Below, one piece after another: positions 49,781 to 62,804 of a DNA stretch of 64,000 nt. Both the position numbers and the translations under genes were made by a program. The notes under the pieces are model-generated. The model was not told the origin of the DNA, ran no database searches, and saw only the letters and a program-made list of their open reading frames with translations. Each line of letters begins with the position of its first letter. The first letter of the stretch is position 1. The stretch is from Podarcis liolepis (taxonomy: Eukaryota), in NCBI GenBank assembly GCA_965112155.1, contig OZ218098.1; one strand, 5' to 3'.

Positions 49781-50892
49781 AAATAATAGTGAGAGGTGCT
49801 GCCCATTTTCTAGGATCCAGTAATCAATTTGCTTGCTGTAGCAGAGATTTGCTGCAGTGGGAAGGGACCAAAGCTGAATGGAGCCCAAGAGCTAATTTAA
49901 GTGGAGAGATAATATCCACACCATACATTTAAGCTCATGGCTTCCGCTAAATAACCCTCTGAATTGTAGTTTACCCAATTCCCAGTACCTCTAACAAACT
50001 ACAATTCCCAGGATTCTTTCGGAGAAACCATGTGCTTTAAATGTATGGTGCAGATGTGACTAGGGCCAGGGGAAGATGGATGGATGAATTTGGGAGTGAA
50101 CAGGCTAAGCCCAGAACACTGTTTCTAATTTTCCAATAATTCTACAGCATTCATGAATTGTTTCTTTTCAGGTGAGATCCTTTTGAATTTAAATTTCAGT
50201 TTAATACTGAACCACCTTGACCTCCAACCATCACACATACACAAACAAACAAACAAACAAACACAAACACACCCAAGACAAATCCAGAAACCCTGTTGAA
50301 ATGTGCCTGCACTTCTTTCAGAGTTTTTTAATACCTTCCCAAAAAGTTTTCAACTATAATCTCACAAAGAGTTGGTACACTCATTTTGTTTTACTGTGGA
50401 TCCATTTCCTGGTGCAGAAAAAGCTGAAGAAGAATAAAATCAGTTTATTACCACCTGGCCTCTATACAACAAAATGTAATACCATATGCTTTTGTGGCTA
50501 TCCTAAGTGCAAATTGTTATTCAAGAGCTGTAACTCACTCTAAAATCTCTAGACAGGGGGATAAATTATTTATGGGGGCTACAGCAGATGGCATGGTGAG
50601 TTAAAAATGAATTGTACTCTAAAAAGTGCCACAAACTTACACAAAAGATTTCTTATTCTGGTGCACTCACAATAATCTCTTCGAAACTTGCAGTCTTGAC
50701 AGAATAGAGGTTCTTTCTGATACCTGAAAGAAGTGTCTGAAAGATACCCTATTTTTCCTTGATTAGCTCTCAGTTAAGATTCAGAGTGTGTGCAGTGGGG
50801 CAGGGGAAAAGGAAGAGAGGTGATAACGACATGGAAAGAAAGTTGTTTCCAATTCCCCTAAAGGAATCTGCTGGAAATAACATTTTCTCTGA

Positions 50893-51206
50893 GGGCTCGT
50901 CCACATGTACCTTTTGCCCCATGCTTTCTAGGCATAGGCCCGTGTTCTAAAGCTCCATTTCTGACCGCTTCCCCCCACCCCGTTTTTGCCCCGCAACTTT
51001 CCACAGGAAAAGCCGTTCTTTAACTCTAAATCAGAATAAACAACAATTTGGGTTTTTCGCAGATTGCTGTTTGCGCTAATCCAGCAGTAAAGAGCAGGTT
51101 TTTGCAGGGAAAGCTCTGGGGCAAAAGAATAAGTGCTTGGATATAGAGCTTTAAAGCGCAGACCTGAGCCTAGAAACATGGCACAAAAGGAAGCGTGGAT
51201 AAGCTC
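50893..51206. mobile_element. PIF/Harbinger-like MITE with long TIRs
   Basis: GGGCTCGTCCAC / GTGGATAAGCTC ends, about 60 bp of imperfect inverted arms, 3-bp TSD TGA. Confidence 0.7.
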
Positions 51207-51728
51207 TGACTAAACCAACAGCTGAAATTTGGTGCTGAGAATCTTCAGACTTATTGTACTGCAAGACTTCAGCATTCTCTGGAGAATTACAGATTCTATG
51301 GTTTCAAATTTGTCTAGTTGGGGCACCTGCCCACTGATGTCAAGAGCTGCTCAGCCAATGGCATAGCTGAAAACTGACCGTGGCCATTGACTCAGTAGCT
51401 CCTAAATGTCCTGCACAAAATAATACAGCTATTCTCAGCATGAATGTGGAAGGAAAGGCTTCAATTCAACTAAAGAGACATTAATATGTGGGGAAATGCA
51501 ACAAAGTGATTACTGGTAGTATTGAAATAGCCATGGCAGTTGAACCCCATGCAATGACATAGGGAAGACAATATTAATACATTCTCAGTTTCACTTAAGA
51601 GGTCTAAATTTAATCAGCGTTAGTTTGTAAAATAAATCACACACTGGAGTGAGCACCAGGAGTGCCAACTTGAATAAAATATTTGGGGGCCCAGGTAAGC
51701 CCTGCTCCACATAATGGATCACATGACG

Positions 51729-51732
<4 letters not shown>

Positions 51733-51770
<38 letters not shown>
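51733..51770. repeat. (CA)n microsatellite inside a hAT-like MITE
   Basis: Direct reading. Confidence 0.9.
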
Positions 51771-51772
<2 letters not shown>

Positions 51773-53283
51773 TCTGAATGATGATGCTGATCAGCTGGGG
51801 GGGGCAACCCCCTCAAATCTTTTATTGGGAGGGGTTGAAGGGACCTCGGCCCCAAAGAGTTGGCTTTTATGGTTAGCACAAAGAAGATAACCAACAAATC
51901 AAAACACAGGTGCATAGTACATAGTGAAGTGGGCTGCAGCCCACAAAAATTGAAACCAAAACAAATCTCTTAGCTTTTAATGTACCACAAAACTCTTCAT
52001 TGCGTTTATTTGTTATATTTATTAATTGCCTCATGTGACTAGTCACCTGGGTATGTACAATACAGTAGAAAACACACAGCAGACTAAGAGATATATCCCC
52101 TCCTCTCTGAATTTGCCACAATAGATTCTGGGCTTTATTCAGCTTTTGGTGGTGCGGGGTAAGGAATTTTTCTATATTTGTGAAAGAATGATTAAAAGCT
52201 ATGTGGACAAGGGAAACTAAATAGAATTCTGTGTCTTCCACTTTTTCATAGACCATTCTCAATATGTAGTTTCACTGTAAAAGTACTTTGGAGTACTTTC
52301 TAATAATTCTCAACATGGAGATAGTTTTCAAAAAATTGAGGGGCCTCTTTTTTGCTGCTTCCAAATACCTCAGCACTGTACCACATGGAAATCCTTTTCA
52401 AAATGAAATGTGAGATGATAAAGCTTGGAAATCTTGTTGCTGTTTAAAAGCATCCTATTACTGATTCTGCTAGTGAGTGAACAACAAAAGACAAGCTGAG
52501 ACATCCCCCTGGGCTAAATGCATGCAAGGAGACACCTTTAAGCACCAGAAGCATCCAGATCTGCTGCTGCTGTTTGTGTAATTGCTAAACTGATAAAATA
52601 ATAAATGAATTCATTCAATGTTAAGAACTGAAGACCTCTATAGAGAAAGTGTGGAGGTTTAGTCCCGTTTGAAGGACGACAGGTATGCCTAAAAAATTCT
52701 TATGCAAACAAGTAAGCACTCATACGACGTGAATGTTTTTAAAAGTATCAGAATATGGGGATTTCCCCCCCCCCCCCCGCTATTTGTTTATTGTTCTCTT
52801 TACTTGTTAACCTAGGGAAACCTGGGGAAATTGCTTGCAACTGATTCAAATCACAGGAGACAGTCTCAATTTGTCCTCTATTACTTCATGGCTACAATTT
52901 GTTTACAGGTGCTGCAGAAATGCTTTATGGGTCTGCAAAGATGTTTTCTTTTGCAGACTTTGAGGGGGAAAGCATACTAACAAAAACTGAAGCTTTCATC
53001 CACAAGAAATAATAAATGTGACAGGATGGTCTCCTTACAAAGTGCTGGTGTGACCAATTGTGGCTCATAGTAGGTTCAAGACAATGCCTTAAAATAGAAT
53101 TTAGAAAGGAAGGAAGAAACCATCAGCATGTGAATGTGCTAAGAGACTTGCCATTTAAAGCATTACAAACATGGAAAGCCTATAATCAGAGACACCCGTG
53201 GGATGAGTGTACACGCTGGAGTCAATAATGCCTCTACAATGTCATTTTCAAACCTGAAGAGAAAAGGGAGATACAAAAATGTG

Positions 53284-53423
53284 ATAGAATCATACAACTG
53301 TAGAGCTGGAAGGGACCAAATGGATCGTCTATTCTAACCCCCTCCAAATGCAGAAATCTTTCGTGGGGCTTTAACTCACAAACTGAGATTAAGAGTCTCA
53401 TGCTCTACCAACTGAACCATCCC
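53284..53423 (-). mobile_element. Older tRNA-head/CR1-tail SINE
   Basis: Reverse-complement similarity to 24263-24410. Confidence 0.6.
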
Positions 53424-53658
53424 TCATCATGTAATGTCCAACACAGAAGGGAAAAGAATAGCAAATCTGCAACACGGAACACACTGCCTGTTCAGCCTCA
53501 AGCTGACTAAAAAAGAAATCAACAGGATATATTCATACTTCTGCTTGTCCCATGATTAGAAATCATGGGTCTGAGCAGTTTTTCATTTGACCTGCTGTTT
53601 TTAGAAATGGGTCCCCCTTGCCCCATTCCTTTCCCAGGGTAAATTCATTCTACAGTGC

Positions 53659-54543
53659 CAATTCAGGGAAGATTCTGGAGCAGATCATTAAGCAGTCTGT
53701 GAGCACCTAGAAAGGAATGCTGTGATCACCAATAGTCAGCATGGATTTCTGAAAAATAAGTCATGTCGGACTAACCTGATCTCGTTTTTTGACAGAATTA
53801 CAAGCCTGGTAGATGAAGGGAACGCAGTGGATGTAGCCTACCTTGATTTCAGCAAGGCATTTGACAAGGTGCCCCATGATATTCTTGTAAAGAAGCTGGT
53901 AAAATGCGGTCTTGACTATGCTACCACTCAGTGGATTTGTAACTGGCTGACTGACCGAACCCAAAGGGTGCTCATCAATGGTTCCTCTTCATCCTGGAGA
54001 AGAGTGACTAGTGGGGTGCCACAGGGTTCTGTCTTGGGCCCAGTCTTATTCAACAGCTTTATCAACGACTTGGATGATGGACTCAAGGGCATCCTGATCA
54101 AATTTGCAGACGACACCAAACTGGGAGGGGTGGCTAACACCCCAGAGGACAGGCTCACACTTCAAAACGACCTTGACAGATTAGAGAACTGGGCAAAAAC
54201 AAACAAGATGAACTTTAACAGGGAGAAATGTAAAGTATTGCACTTGGGCAAAAAAAATGAGAGGCACAAATACAAGATGGGTGACACCTGGCTTGAGAGC
54301 AGTACATGTGAAAAGGATCTAGGAGTCTTGGTTGACCACAAACTTCACATGAGCCAACAGTGTGACGCGGCAGCTAAAAAAGCCAATGCAATTCTGGGCT
54401 GCATCAATAGGAGTATAGCATCTAGATCAAGGGAAGTAATAGTGCCACTGTATTCTGCTCTGGTCAGACCTCACCTGGAGTACTGTGTCCAGTTCTGGGC
54501 ACCACAGTTCAAGAGGAGGGCAACCAGAGGAGGGCAACCAAAA
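53659..54543 (+). mobile_element. CR1 internal RT fragment, truncated at both ends
   Basis: Near-identical to the reverse complement of ~4805-5710; lacks the 3'UTR and tail; ORF 53722-54603 runs into the flank. Confidence 0.92.
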
Positions 54544-55257
54544 AAAGGGTACAGACTTATAAAAAAAATTTTTTTAACATCTCTGTACTCCTCTGAGCAC
54601 TAAAGAGTGATTTCCCTGGGGCAGCAGGGAAGTGGGCAGAGAAGTATGAATAAGCCCTTAGTCAGAAAAGCAAACATTTACATCAGGCCAGTCCACTCTG
54701 GACAGCATCAGGGCATTTCCAGACAGGACATGCACTGGGTTCTGCCCAACTTTGGGGAGCCTGGCACATGTGTGTGATGTCATGCGCCGGGAGGACGCCT
54801 GGCAGGGTCCGCTGTGGCTGCATTAAGGCCTGACAGGGCCTGTCACAGGCTGTGCAATATTGAGGGGCCCCAGCCCCCTGCTTCAAAATTTGGGGGGGCC
54901 TTGCCCCCCCATGGTGTCCTGCCAGAAAGTGAAGACCTGTTTTGTGTTACACTGGCTCTGCTGCTTGAAAAAGCACTTCAGAGAAAGTAGAAGCAGGGAA
55001 TCAAGCTAACAGCTCCTACAAGTTCCAACTGAAGTTTAAGGAGGTATTGATCTGCAGTAGCACCCTTCTGAGCCCTTTAGGGACTTGGGTACAGGCTTTT
55101 GCTGAACCCAGGACCCTTTCTCAGGAATCAGATTAACACTTAGTCCCAATGTACGGGGAAGACAAGGGCTGCAGCATGAACTACTTCACCTTGCTCAGCA
55201 CATTTCCATGCTGTAATTCAGAAACAAAGGAGCATCTAGGAATAAGACTGCAGGAAC

Positions 55258-55517
55258 TGTTATGTACTGAAGTTATCACCCTCGGCCAGCAGGGGGATAC
55301 TATAGTTTTCACTCAGGTCCGCATATGCAAATAAGGAATTGGAAGTGACGTTCAGTGTTTGGATATGTACAGAAAGTTGTTACTGTTGCTTTGTAGTTGA
55401 GCTGTATATAAGCAGGCTGGCTGAACCCTTCAGCCCTGTTCTGTTCTGGCCTGTGAATAAACAAGAGCTGTTTGAAGAATTGCTGTGTCGTCTGATATGT
55501 TCACCCACAACTTAACA
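55258..55517 (+). mobile_element. Solo LTR (260 bp)
   Basis: TGTTA...TAACA termini; 5-bp TSD GGAAC at 55253-55257 and 55518-55522; TATATAA 55405-55411; AATAAA 55456-55461. Confidence 0.9.
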
Positions 55518-58196
55518 GGAACAACAGTTGGGACTCAGTAATTTGAATTCAGCATTCCAAAGCGAGGTTTTTGGAGATGATAACTCTTAACCTTTTTTGT
55601 GAGAACACTAAAAATGAAAGGATGGCTGCTGAAGTACCAGACAAAGAATTATTGTGAATAAAATATAGAAACATTTACTAGTCATTTATCTACAATCCTT
55701 TAAAACACTCACTAATTATTTCAGGAATACATTTAAATTCTCTTAGTACTTGATGTTGAGTATTGTATTCTTTTTGAAATTCTATTCCAAATAAACATGA
55801 AGGAGCATTTGGCAATGTATACAAGAATTAGTAACATTTCAAAACTGAATGAAGTGGTAGAAACAGATATCATTTCAAGGCAGCAATCCTCCACAAATCT
55901 ACATGGGAGTAAGCCTACTGAACTCAACTGCATTCACTTCTTAGTAGATATGTATAGGATTGCACTATGAGCCAGCAAAAGCAGCATGTTCTGCTAAAAT
56001 AAAATTAAGCACTTGCATTGTTATGGACCAAACTGCAATACCCTTACACACTGGCTTTTGTGGTAGAAGGATAAGGATTTAGTAAGGAACCACATCCATA
56101 GCTAATCCCCCTAAAATCTGTGAGGTCACCTCTTAGACCTGTAGAGGAACAAGCACAGTATGTTGTTAAACTGTGGTCAGAACACAGCACACTGGAGAAC
56201 TAGAACCTGCTGTGAATCAATAGACAAGAAATAAGTATCTACAATCTTGTCAGAAGGAAAACCAACTGAGGAAAGTGACAAATTATTTTTAAGGCCAAAT
56301 ATGCATTCCAAGGATTGACTATGAAGCAAACTAATCCTGCCAATTATTAATTCATAAACCAGTTGGCATGTAGACTTGGCATCTTCTTGCACATATAGTT
56401 TCAGCACAATATGAAAACAATTAAGATTTAATTTTATACTCCCAGGAGTCAAACAATGTTTAAAAAATACAATGTAAATAACACTGGGTATCAGAAAAAG
56501 TAATATTACGTAAGTCCAATTTACTTGTGGCATATTAGTGTGATTCAGCATCAGGAAAAACTAAATGCTAATGCTGATTTTATTTCTTTTGGATATATTT
56601 ACATATGCAGAGCTTTGTTTAAATATTGTGAAAAAGATTTAGGAGGAAAATCCATAATTCAGGATAGAATTATTAATTTCTAAAATAAATACTGCCATAA
56701 ATGAGCACCTGAGCCCTTTTTAGTTAGGCTTAAGGCTTTGGCAGTCCTACTTGGTATTTGAATCACACTTCAGTGGTGGAAAACCATTCATGAATAACTT
56801 ATAAAAAGAGGCATTAAAATGGAAATAAGTATTAACAATTATCATTGTTAACTACAATATCACACAGAGGTCCAAAAATTGTGGCTAATTTACTAGCTAA
56901 CTATTAACTGTCTAGCAGCAAGCCACAATTTTAGTGGGCCTTAGTTCTAGGTAATGGCCCTTCAGATTATTTATTTATTTATTTAGCATCAGATATGCAA
57001 TGCAAAAGGCACTTCACCCCCCAAAATGGTATGAGAAGTTCTTTTCCCAAGGGACTTGAAAAACTAAAAACAGACGCTGGAAACAATAGAGGAAGAAAAT
57101 GGAAATGGAGGCAGAAGTAATTCAGTAGTAATTCAGAAGCAATGCTATTATTTCAGTCACACATACTTTTGCTTAGTCACAGGTACTGGGACTAGGGCAG
57201 TTTCCCCCAACCTGATATTCAACAGATGTTTTAGACTTCAACTCCCACCAGCCCCAGGAAGTATGGCCAATGGTCATACTCCAAACATCTGGAGAGCACT
57301 AGGTTGGGAAAGGCTGAACTAGGAGGTGTCTCAAAGATGCCAAAGCAAGAGAGAAAGGGTGGACTTGTTTCAAAGAGCAGGAGATGTGCAGACAGTTGAA
57401 AGTGCTGGAGCTGGAGCTTGAGGCGGCCAGCGCTGTGCAACGTGTGTAATGTCAGCATGTTGCGCGACGTGCTGCGGAATTAATGTGAGCATGTTGTGCA
57501 ATGTGCATGCACAGCCACTGCAGATTTTGGGGGATGGGGCCTTTGCCCCCCCCCCAGCACACCCTAGATGGCACCTATGGGCAGGGGTGTGTCTGGGTAT
57601 ATGGAATTACACCTTAAAACTGATAGCTAGCTCTATTTAAATGCTTAACAAACATATATTGCTATTTGTATAGAGTTCAGCAGGGCTTATTCTCAAGCAA
57701 CTGAACATATGATTGTAGTCCTAGTCGCTATTAATAATTTCCCTCTTTTGTTCTTTAACCTTTCCCAAACTCTGGGTAACAAGGACAAGAAATAACATAG
57801 TGCATTGTCTTTGATCTGGCTAGATCCACTCACACAAAGACAGTAATTTGTTGACCTATTTAATGTACTGGTCAGATATTCTGCAAGTGTAGTCTGCAAT
57901 CTGAGCTAAGTAAACATGTGTCTCACAGGAAAGTTAATTCCCCCAGATAAACAACCCTCTTATGGTTCAATTTAATTTTAAAATACTAAACCGAGGACAT
58001 CATTCTTCATATATTCAAAGTTCAGCCTGGCATCTTTAGTAAAAATTACATCATAGATCCTGAAGTCAGAAATATCCTGAGATGACATTACAGTGCAAAT
58101 TGAATAAATGGACATCAAAAGACAAACATATAGGATTAAAGAATTCTGAGCTCAAATGGGCATGGCTCGTCTGGCAACCAAGACAGATGCTTAATT

Positions 58197-58795
58197 GCCA
58201 ATGCAATTCTGGGCTGCATCAATAGGAGTATAGCATCTAGATCACGGGAAGTAATAGTGCCACTGTATTCTGCTCTGGTCAGACCTCACCTGGAGTACTG
58301 TGTCCAGTTCTGGGCACCACAATTCAAGAAGAACACTGACAAACTGGAACGTGTCCAGAGGAGGGCAACCAAAATGGTCAAAGGCCTGGAAACGATGACT
58401 TATGAGGAACGGCTAAGGGAGCTGGGCATGTTTAGCCTGGAGAAGAGGAGGTTAAGGGGTGATATGATAGCCATGTTCAAATATATAAAAGGATGTCACA
58501 TAGAGGAGGGAGAAAGGTTTTTTTCTGCTGCTCCAGAGAAGCGGACACGGAGCAATGGATCCAAACTACAAGAAAGAAGATTCCACCTAAACATTAGGAA
58601 GAACTTCCTGACAGTAAGAGCTGTTTGACAGTGGAATTTGCTGCCAAGGAGTGTGGTGGAGTCTTCTTCTTTGGAGGTCTTTAAGCAGAGGCTTGACAAC
58701 CATATGTCAGGAGTGCTCTGATGGTGTTTCCTGCTTGGCAGGGGGTTGGACTCGATGGCCCTTGGGGTCTATTCCAACTCTATGATTCTATGATT
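58197..58795 (+). mobile_element. CR1 3' fragment, young
   Basis: Open ORF2 C-terminus (58257-58628), 3'UTR and ATTCTATG tail. Confidence 0.93.
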
Positions 58796-59741
58796 AATGC
58801 AAGAGCTCTCCTGATTTTGAGGCCTATGCCGCTTAGAATACAAAGCGCTAAGGTAAAACTGATCTGAAGCAGATGTATTTCCCTCAAGTCTGTCTTCTGT
58901 TCCCCCAAAACCTCAGACAGTGAAGAAGACCCTAGCAGGAATAAGGTTCCACTAACACACACACACACACACACTGCAAACCAGTCAAGATTGTACAACT
59001 CTTCATATGTGGCAGGAAGAGGTGTGGCTCGCACACATGACAGGGCTATGCAGAGGAACCCCCTCATGCAGGCCTTTCAAAATATGAAGGGGGTTGAGAA
59101 AGTATCCACCTGATGCAACAAGCAAAAGGAGGAACACCTCTTCCTAACACAACTAATATAACCATAAATGTAAGTCGGAGGAAAAAGCCAAAAAGGACAA
59201 CATTAAGCACAGAAAAGGAAATTCCTGGGTTGGAGTTGTACTAACAGAACACCGCTTATTCCATACACATAACTTTTGTTGTAACAGAAAGAAAACGGAT
59301 AATGCTTCAGAAAAACATGAAATGGGAACTTGAACATCTTCCTGGCAGGAGAAACATCAAAGGTGTGCCTTGGCCTGGACAGCTCAGCTGGTTAGAATGT
59401 GGATGAGACAGTGTTACGTACAGGGTGAACAGGACTTGAAATCAATAGAATGTACTTTATGTTGGACTGGATTGTGACTATTTCATAAATAGAAATATGT
59501 TTTTCAAGTTCTCACTACCCAAATATAATACAGGCAGCAGCCATTTTGTGCACAACTGCCAACACACACAGTTTTTGGCCCTAGAAGGGGCTGAATGGGG
59601 AGGGAGCTATAAGGGGTGGAGGGCGCTCTGCCCGCTCTGCCGATGTGCACGATGACCCAGAAAGCAACCGCCGCACAACTGAGGAGTTGCCTGTACCTTC
59701 ACTCCATTATCCTCTGGGTGCCCCCTAGCAACTTTCTCATA

Positions 59742-59975
59742 CAATGGAACCTTGGTTGTTGAACGTAATCCGTTCCGGAAGACTGTTTGACTTCTGAAAC
59801 ATTCAACAACCGAGGCACAATTGCCGGTTGGCAAAATCCATAGAAAAAGTGGAGAAACGTGCCTCGGAAGCTGTTTGACTTCCAAAGCGCGTTCTAAAAC
59901 GGAAGCATTCACTTCCGGGTTGTTGGTGTTAGAAAGCCAAAATGTTCGATTTCTGAAGCGTTCAAGGTTCCACTG
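59742..59975. mobile_element. Tigger-like MITE
   Basis: TA-CAATGGAACCTTG...CAAGGTTCCACTG-TA. Confidence 0.8.
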
Positions 59976-60300
59976 TATAGCTGCCCCCTTTAACACTTCT
60001 GAGCCATCCTCTGTCCACATAGAAAAAAATTAGAAGAGCCAGTGTTTCTCAGCTGTAAGCCTCAGAATCCAGAACCAGTTTACACCAACAGCACTGGTGC
60101 TACACAGGAGTCACCAGTTGGCTTCTGGAATACAAAGAGGGATAAGCTGTAGGAAGCTACAGAATCTTTCAGCAAACAGTGATATGGTTAATCATGGTGG
60201 TGTTTGCTATCACATGAACCCAATACTTTTTGTAACAATATTAAAACACTGAACATGAGGCCAAATTCTACAAAAATAGGCAACATGAGAATTGGCATAC

Positions 60301-60449
60301 CTTTGGATATCTCTTGCCCATCTGTTTTGTTGGATCTTTGTGTGAGTCATATGGATTAACACCAGTAAATACTTTGTGTTCCTTGGCTTCTCTGAGAGCT
60401 TTCTGGGAAGGTCCCTGTAATCCATCTTCTCTTTCACACTTATGGCCGG
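60301..60449 (-). CDS. Candidate internal exon (149 nt) of an unidentified host gene
   Basis: Acceptor CTTTTATTTTATAG and donor AAG/GTATGC; purine-rich, non-repetitive; two frames open (GHKCEREDGLQGPSQKALREAKEHKVFTGVNPYDSHKDPTKQMGKRYPK or PAISVKEKMDY...RDIQR). Confidence 0.5.
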
Positions 60450-61696
60450 CTATAAAATAAAAGCAGTTTGGTTTTTACATTTGTTTAAAAAATCATTTTT
60501 TGGTAGAAATTAAGCATGCATAAATTTGTTCTACTATAAAACAAATTAATCCCTGATTAATTTGCCCAACTTGCTTGTGATTTCAATCCAATCCAACAAG
60601 GACTGGCAATCTAAACTGGAATCTCAAATGGAACAGATAGGACATTGGCCCTCATCCAGACTAAACAAACTCTTTTGAACATTCCTGGCAACTGATCTGT
60701 ACACACCCAGAAGATGGCACTACTAGTGTCGATGTGGGCACCATTATGCAGAGCCTGAAGAACCACAGAGCAGAAAAATCCATATTGTTTGAAAATCAAC
60801 AATGTTTAGGAGAAGAGGACTGCAGTCACAAAATTAAAATCTTGGTTTTTTTTTATTTAGCAGAGCTCTAAAAATGAGTATGAGTATGAAAGTATATCTG
60901 CATGTACAAGTGTCTCATTATATTCTCTCCAGTTAAAAAGCTGGTTGAGAAGTCTATGCTGGATAGCAATTTGAGAATGAAAGAAAAAGCTCTGACTAAA
61001 AAGAGCACCAAATGGACTATCTGCATTGGGGCTACTACCTTTAACATGAAAAACGATGTAACATTCACATTTACAATAGCAAAGGGAACTAATATGGACC
61101 AGATCCTTCTGTGTTGCCCTTCATCACTGATTCCATGGGAAGTTCACAACAGTACAAATACATTACTAAGAAAAATGCTACAATACAAAACACTTCAAAA
61201 TCTTCATACCATGCTTACTTTTATTTAATTTTTAAATTTTTATTAAATTTTATTGAATAAAAAAAAACTTTTATTTATTTATTACTTGAAGTGGTACTAC
61301 ATAGATAATACAACGTAACATATCATTACAAACCCATGTGAAACAGCATTCAAATGCAAGTTTTATACTTGATTTTTTTTCTAATATAAAAAGCCCCAAA
61401 CAATGCAATGTTCCTTCACAGGTGAGTTGTACCAGCCACTTTATCACTTTGCTGTTTTCCCAGCTTTACAATATCCTTTTTGAGATGTAGGTACCAGAAC
61501 TGTACACACTATTCCAAGTGCAGCTGCACCACAAATTTCCCTTTCCTAATGCTCCCTACCATGGAATTCATCTTTTAAACAGCTGGGTCAACATATTAAT
61601 TGAGCTTTCCATCAACAGTCCCCAAGATGCCTTTTCTGGTGGTCAGTCTCTGCCACTGAACTGCTTTTGCCATTTTAACACCATCTTAATGCTTAA

Positions 61697-61966
61697 GGGA
61701 TGCTGGTGGCACTGTGGGTTAAACCACAGAGCCTAGGGCTTGCCGATCAGAGGGTCGACGGTTCAAATCCCCACGACGGGATGAGCACCCATTGCTCGGT
61801 CCCTGCTCCTGCCAAACAAGCAGTTCGAAAGCACAAAGTGCAAGTAGGTAAATAGGTACCGCTCTGGCGGGAAGGTAAACAGCATTTCCATGCGCTGCTC
61901 TGGTTCACCAGAAGCGGCTTAGTCATGCTGGCCACATGACCCGAAAGCTGTATGCCGGCTTTACCT
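61697..61966 (+). mobile_element. Sauria SINE lacking most of the 3' domain
   Basis: Head and body present, then a jump from GCCGGCT to the TTACCTTT tail; TSD TTAATGCTTAAGG at 61686-61698 and 61967-61979. Confidence 0.88.
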
Positions 61967-62074
61967 TTAATGCTTAAGGTCAGCATCATAATTCCTGTCA
62001 ATTTCCTTGTGCAAAATTCAACAGAACTGTTAAGTTTGAAGGTTACAGATGCTGGAATAATGATTACACATGAG

Positions 62075-62209
62075 CAGTACTATTTTTCTAGAAAAAGAGG
62101 TGCCGAAACTCACCATGAATGCCTCCCTTGTTCCATATTGATGGCAATGGTGCCCACTTGAGAGGTGCCAGAACTGACTTCAAGTGAGTTCTGGCTGAAA
62201 AAAGCCCTG
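62075..62209. mobile_element. hAT-like MITE
   Basis: CAGTACTATTTTT / AAAAAAGCCCTG ends. Confidence 0.55.
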
Positions 62210-62804
62210 CACATGAGGCTGATGGAAGTTGCTGTAAATCCAGCTGTACCATTAATTTTTTGATTATTTTAAATATTATTTATTTTTTTGACTTTTAAAA
62301 TATATCCGATTTTTAATGTTTCTGTTAATCAGGAAAATTACTTTTCTTCTTTCTTTTTGCTCCTGTTCCTTTTTATATTAGATTTCAAAAATATTTTTTA
62401 TTCTGGTGTATTATAAAAAGATACTTTGTATTGTGTATGAACTTTTGTATATCTTTTGATAAGTATCAATGAATATATATATATTCTATAAAAACTGCAA
62501 ACACCAGTGGGGAAAACTGTTTGTTAAATCAAGTCTGTTTAAAGATTTAGAGCAACCAGCCTATGCATGTTTTCCAGATAGCATATACCTTTTTGCATTG
62601 CATGCTTCAATGTTCTGCAAAATTGACTGTGATGGCCCTATGGGCGAACTGAAGTCATTTGAATTGTCATTCTTGAAAAGTACACAAAATCCAACACTAA
62701 AATAAAATGTGCATCTAAAACAAATAAATTGAAAAATCCTTTCTGCATGTGAAATTATTCTCTCATTTTTACTATGAAGCCTGCGTTCAAAGGGCACAAT
62801 CGAC

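Noticed and set aside
59372-59405. tRNA-like 5' half (AGCTCAGCTGGTTAGA), and the tRNA-like SINE heads
   Set aside because: No complete cloverleaf; SINE-derived.
50160-61427. Plus-strand AG/GT juxtapositions at ~50171 (TTTCAG/GTGAGA) and ~61421 (TCACAG/GTGAGT)
   Set aside because: Opposite strand to the best exon candidate; the second borders an old CR1 fragment; such motifs also arise by chance.
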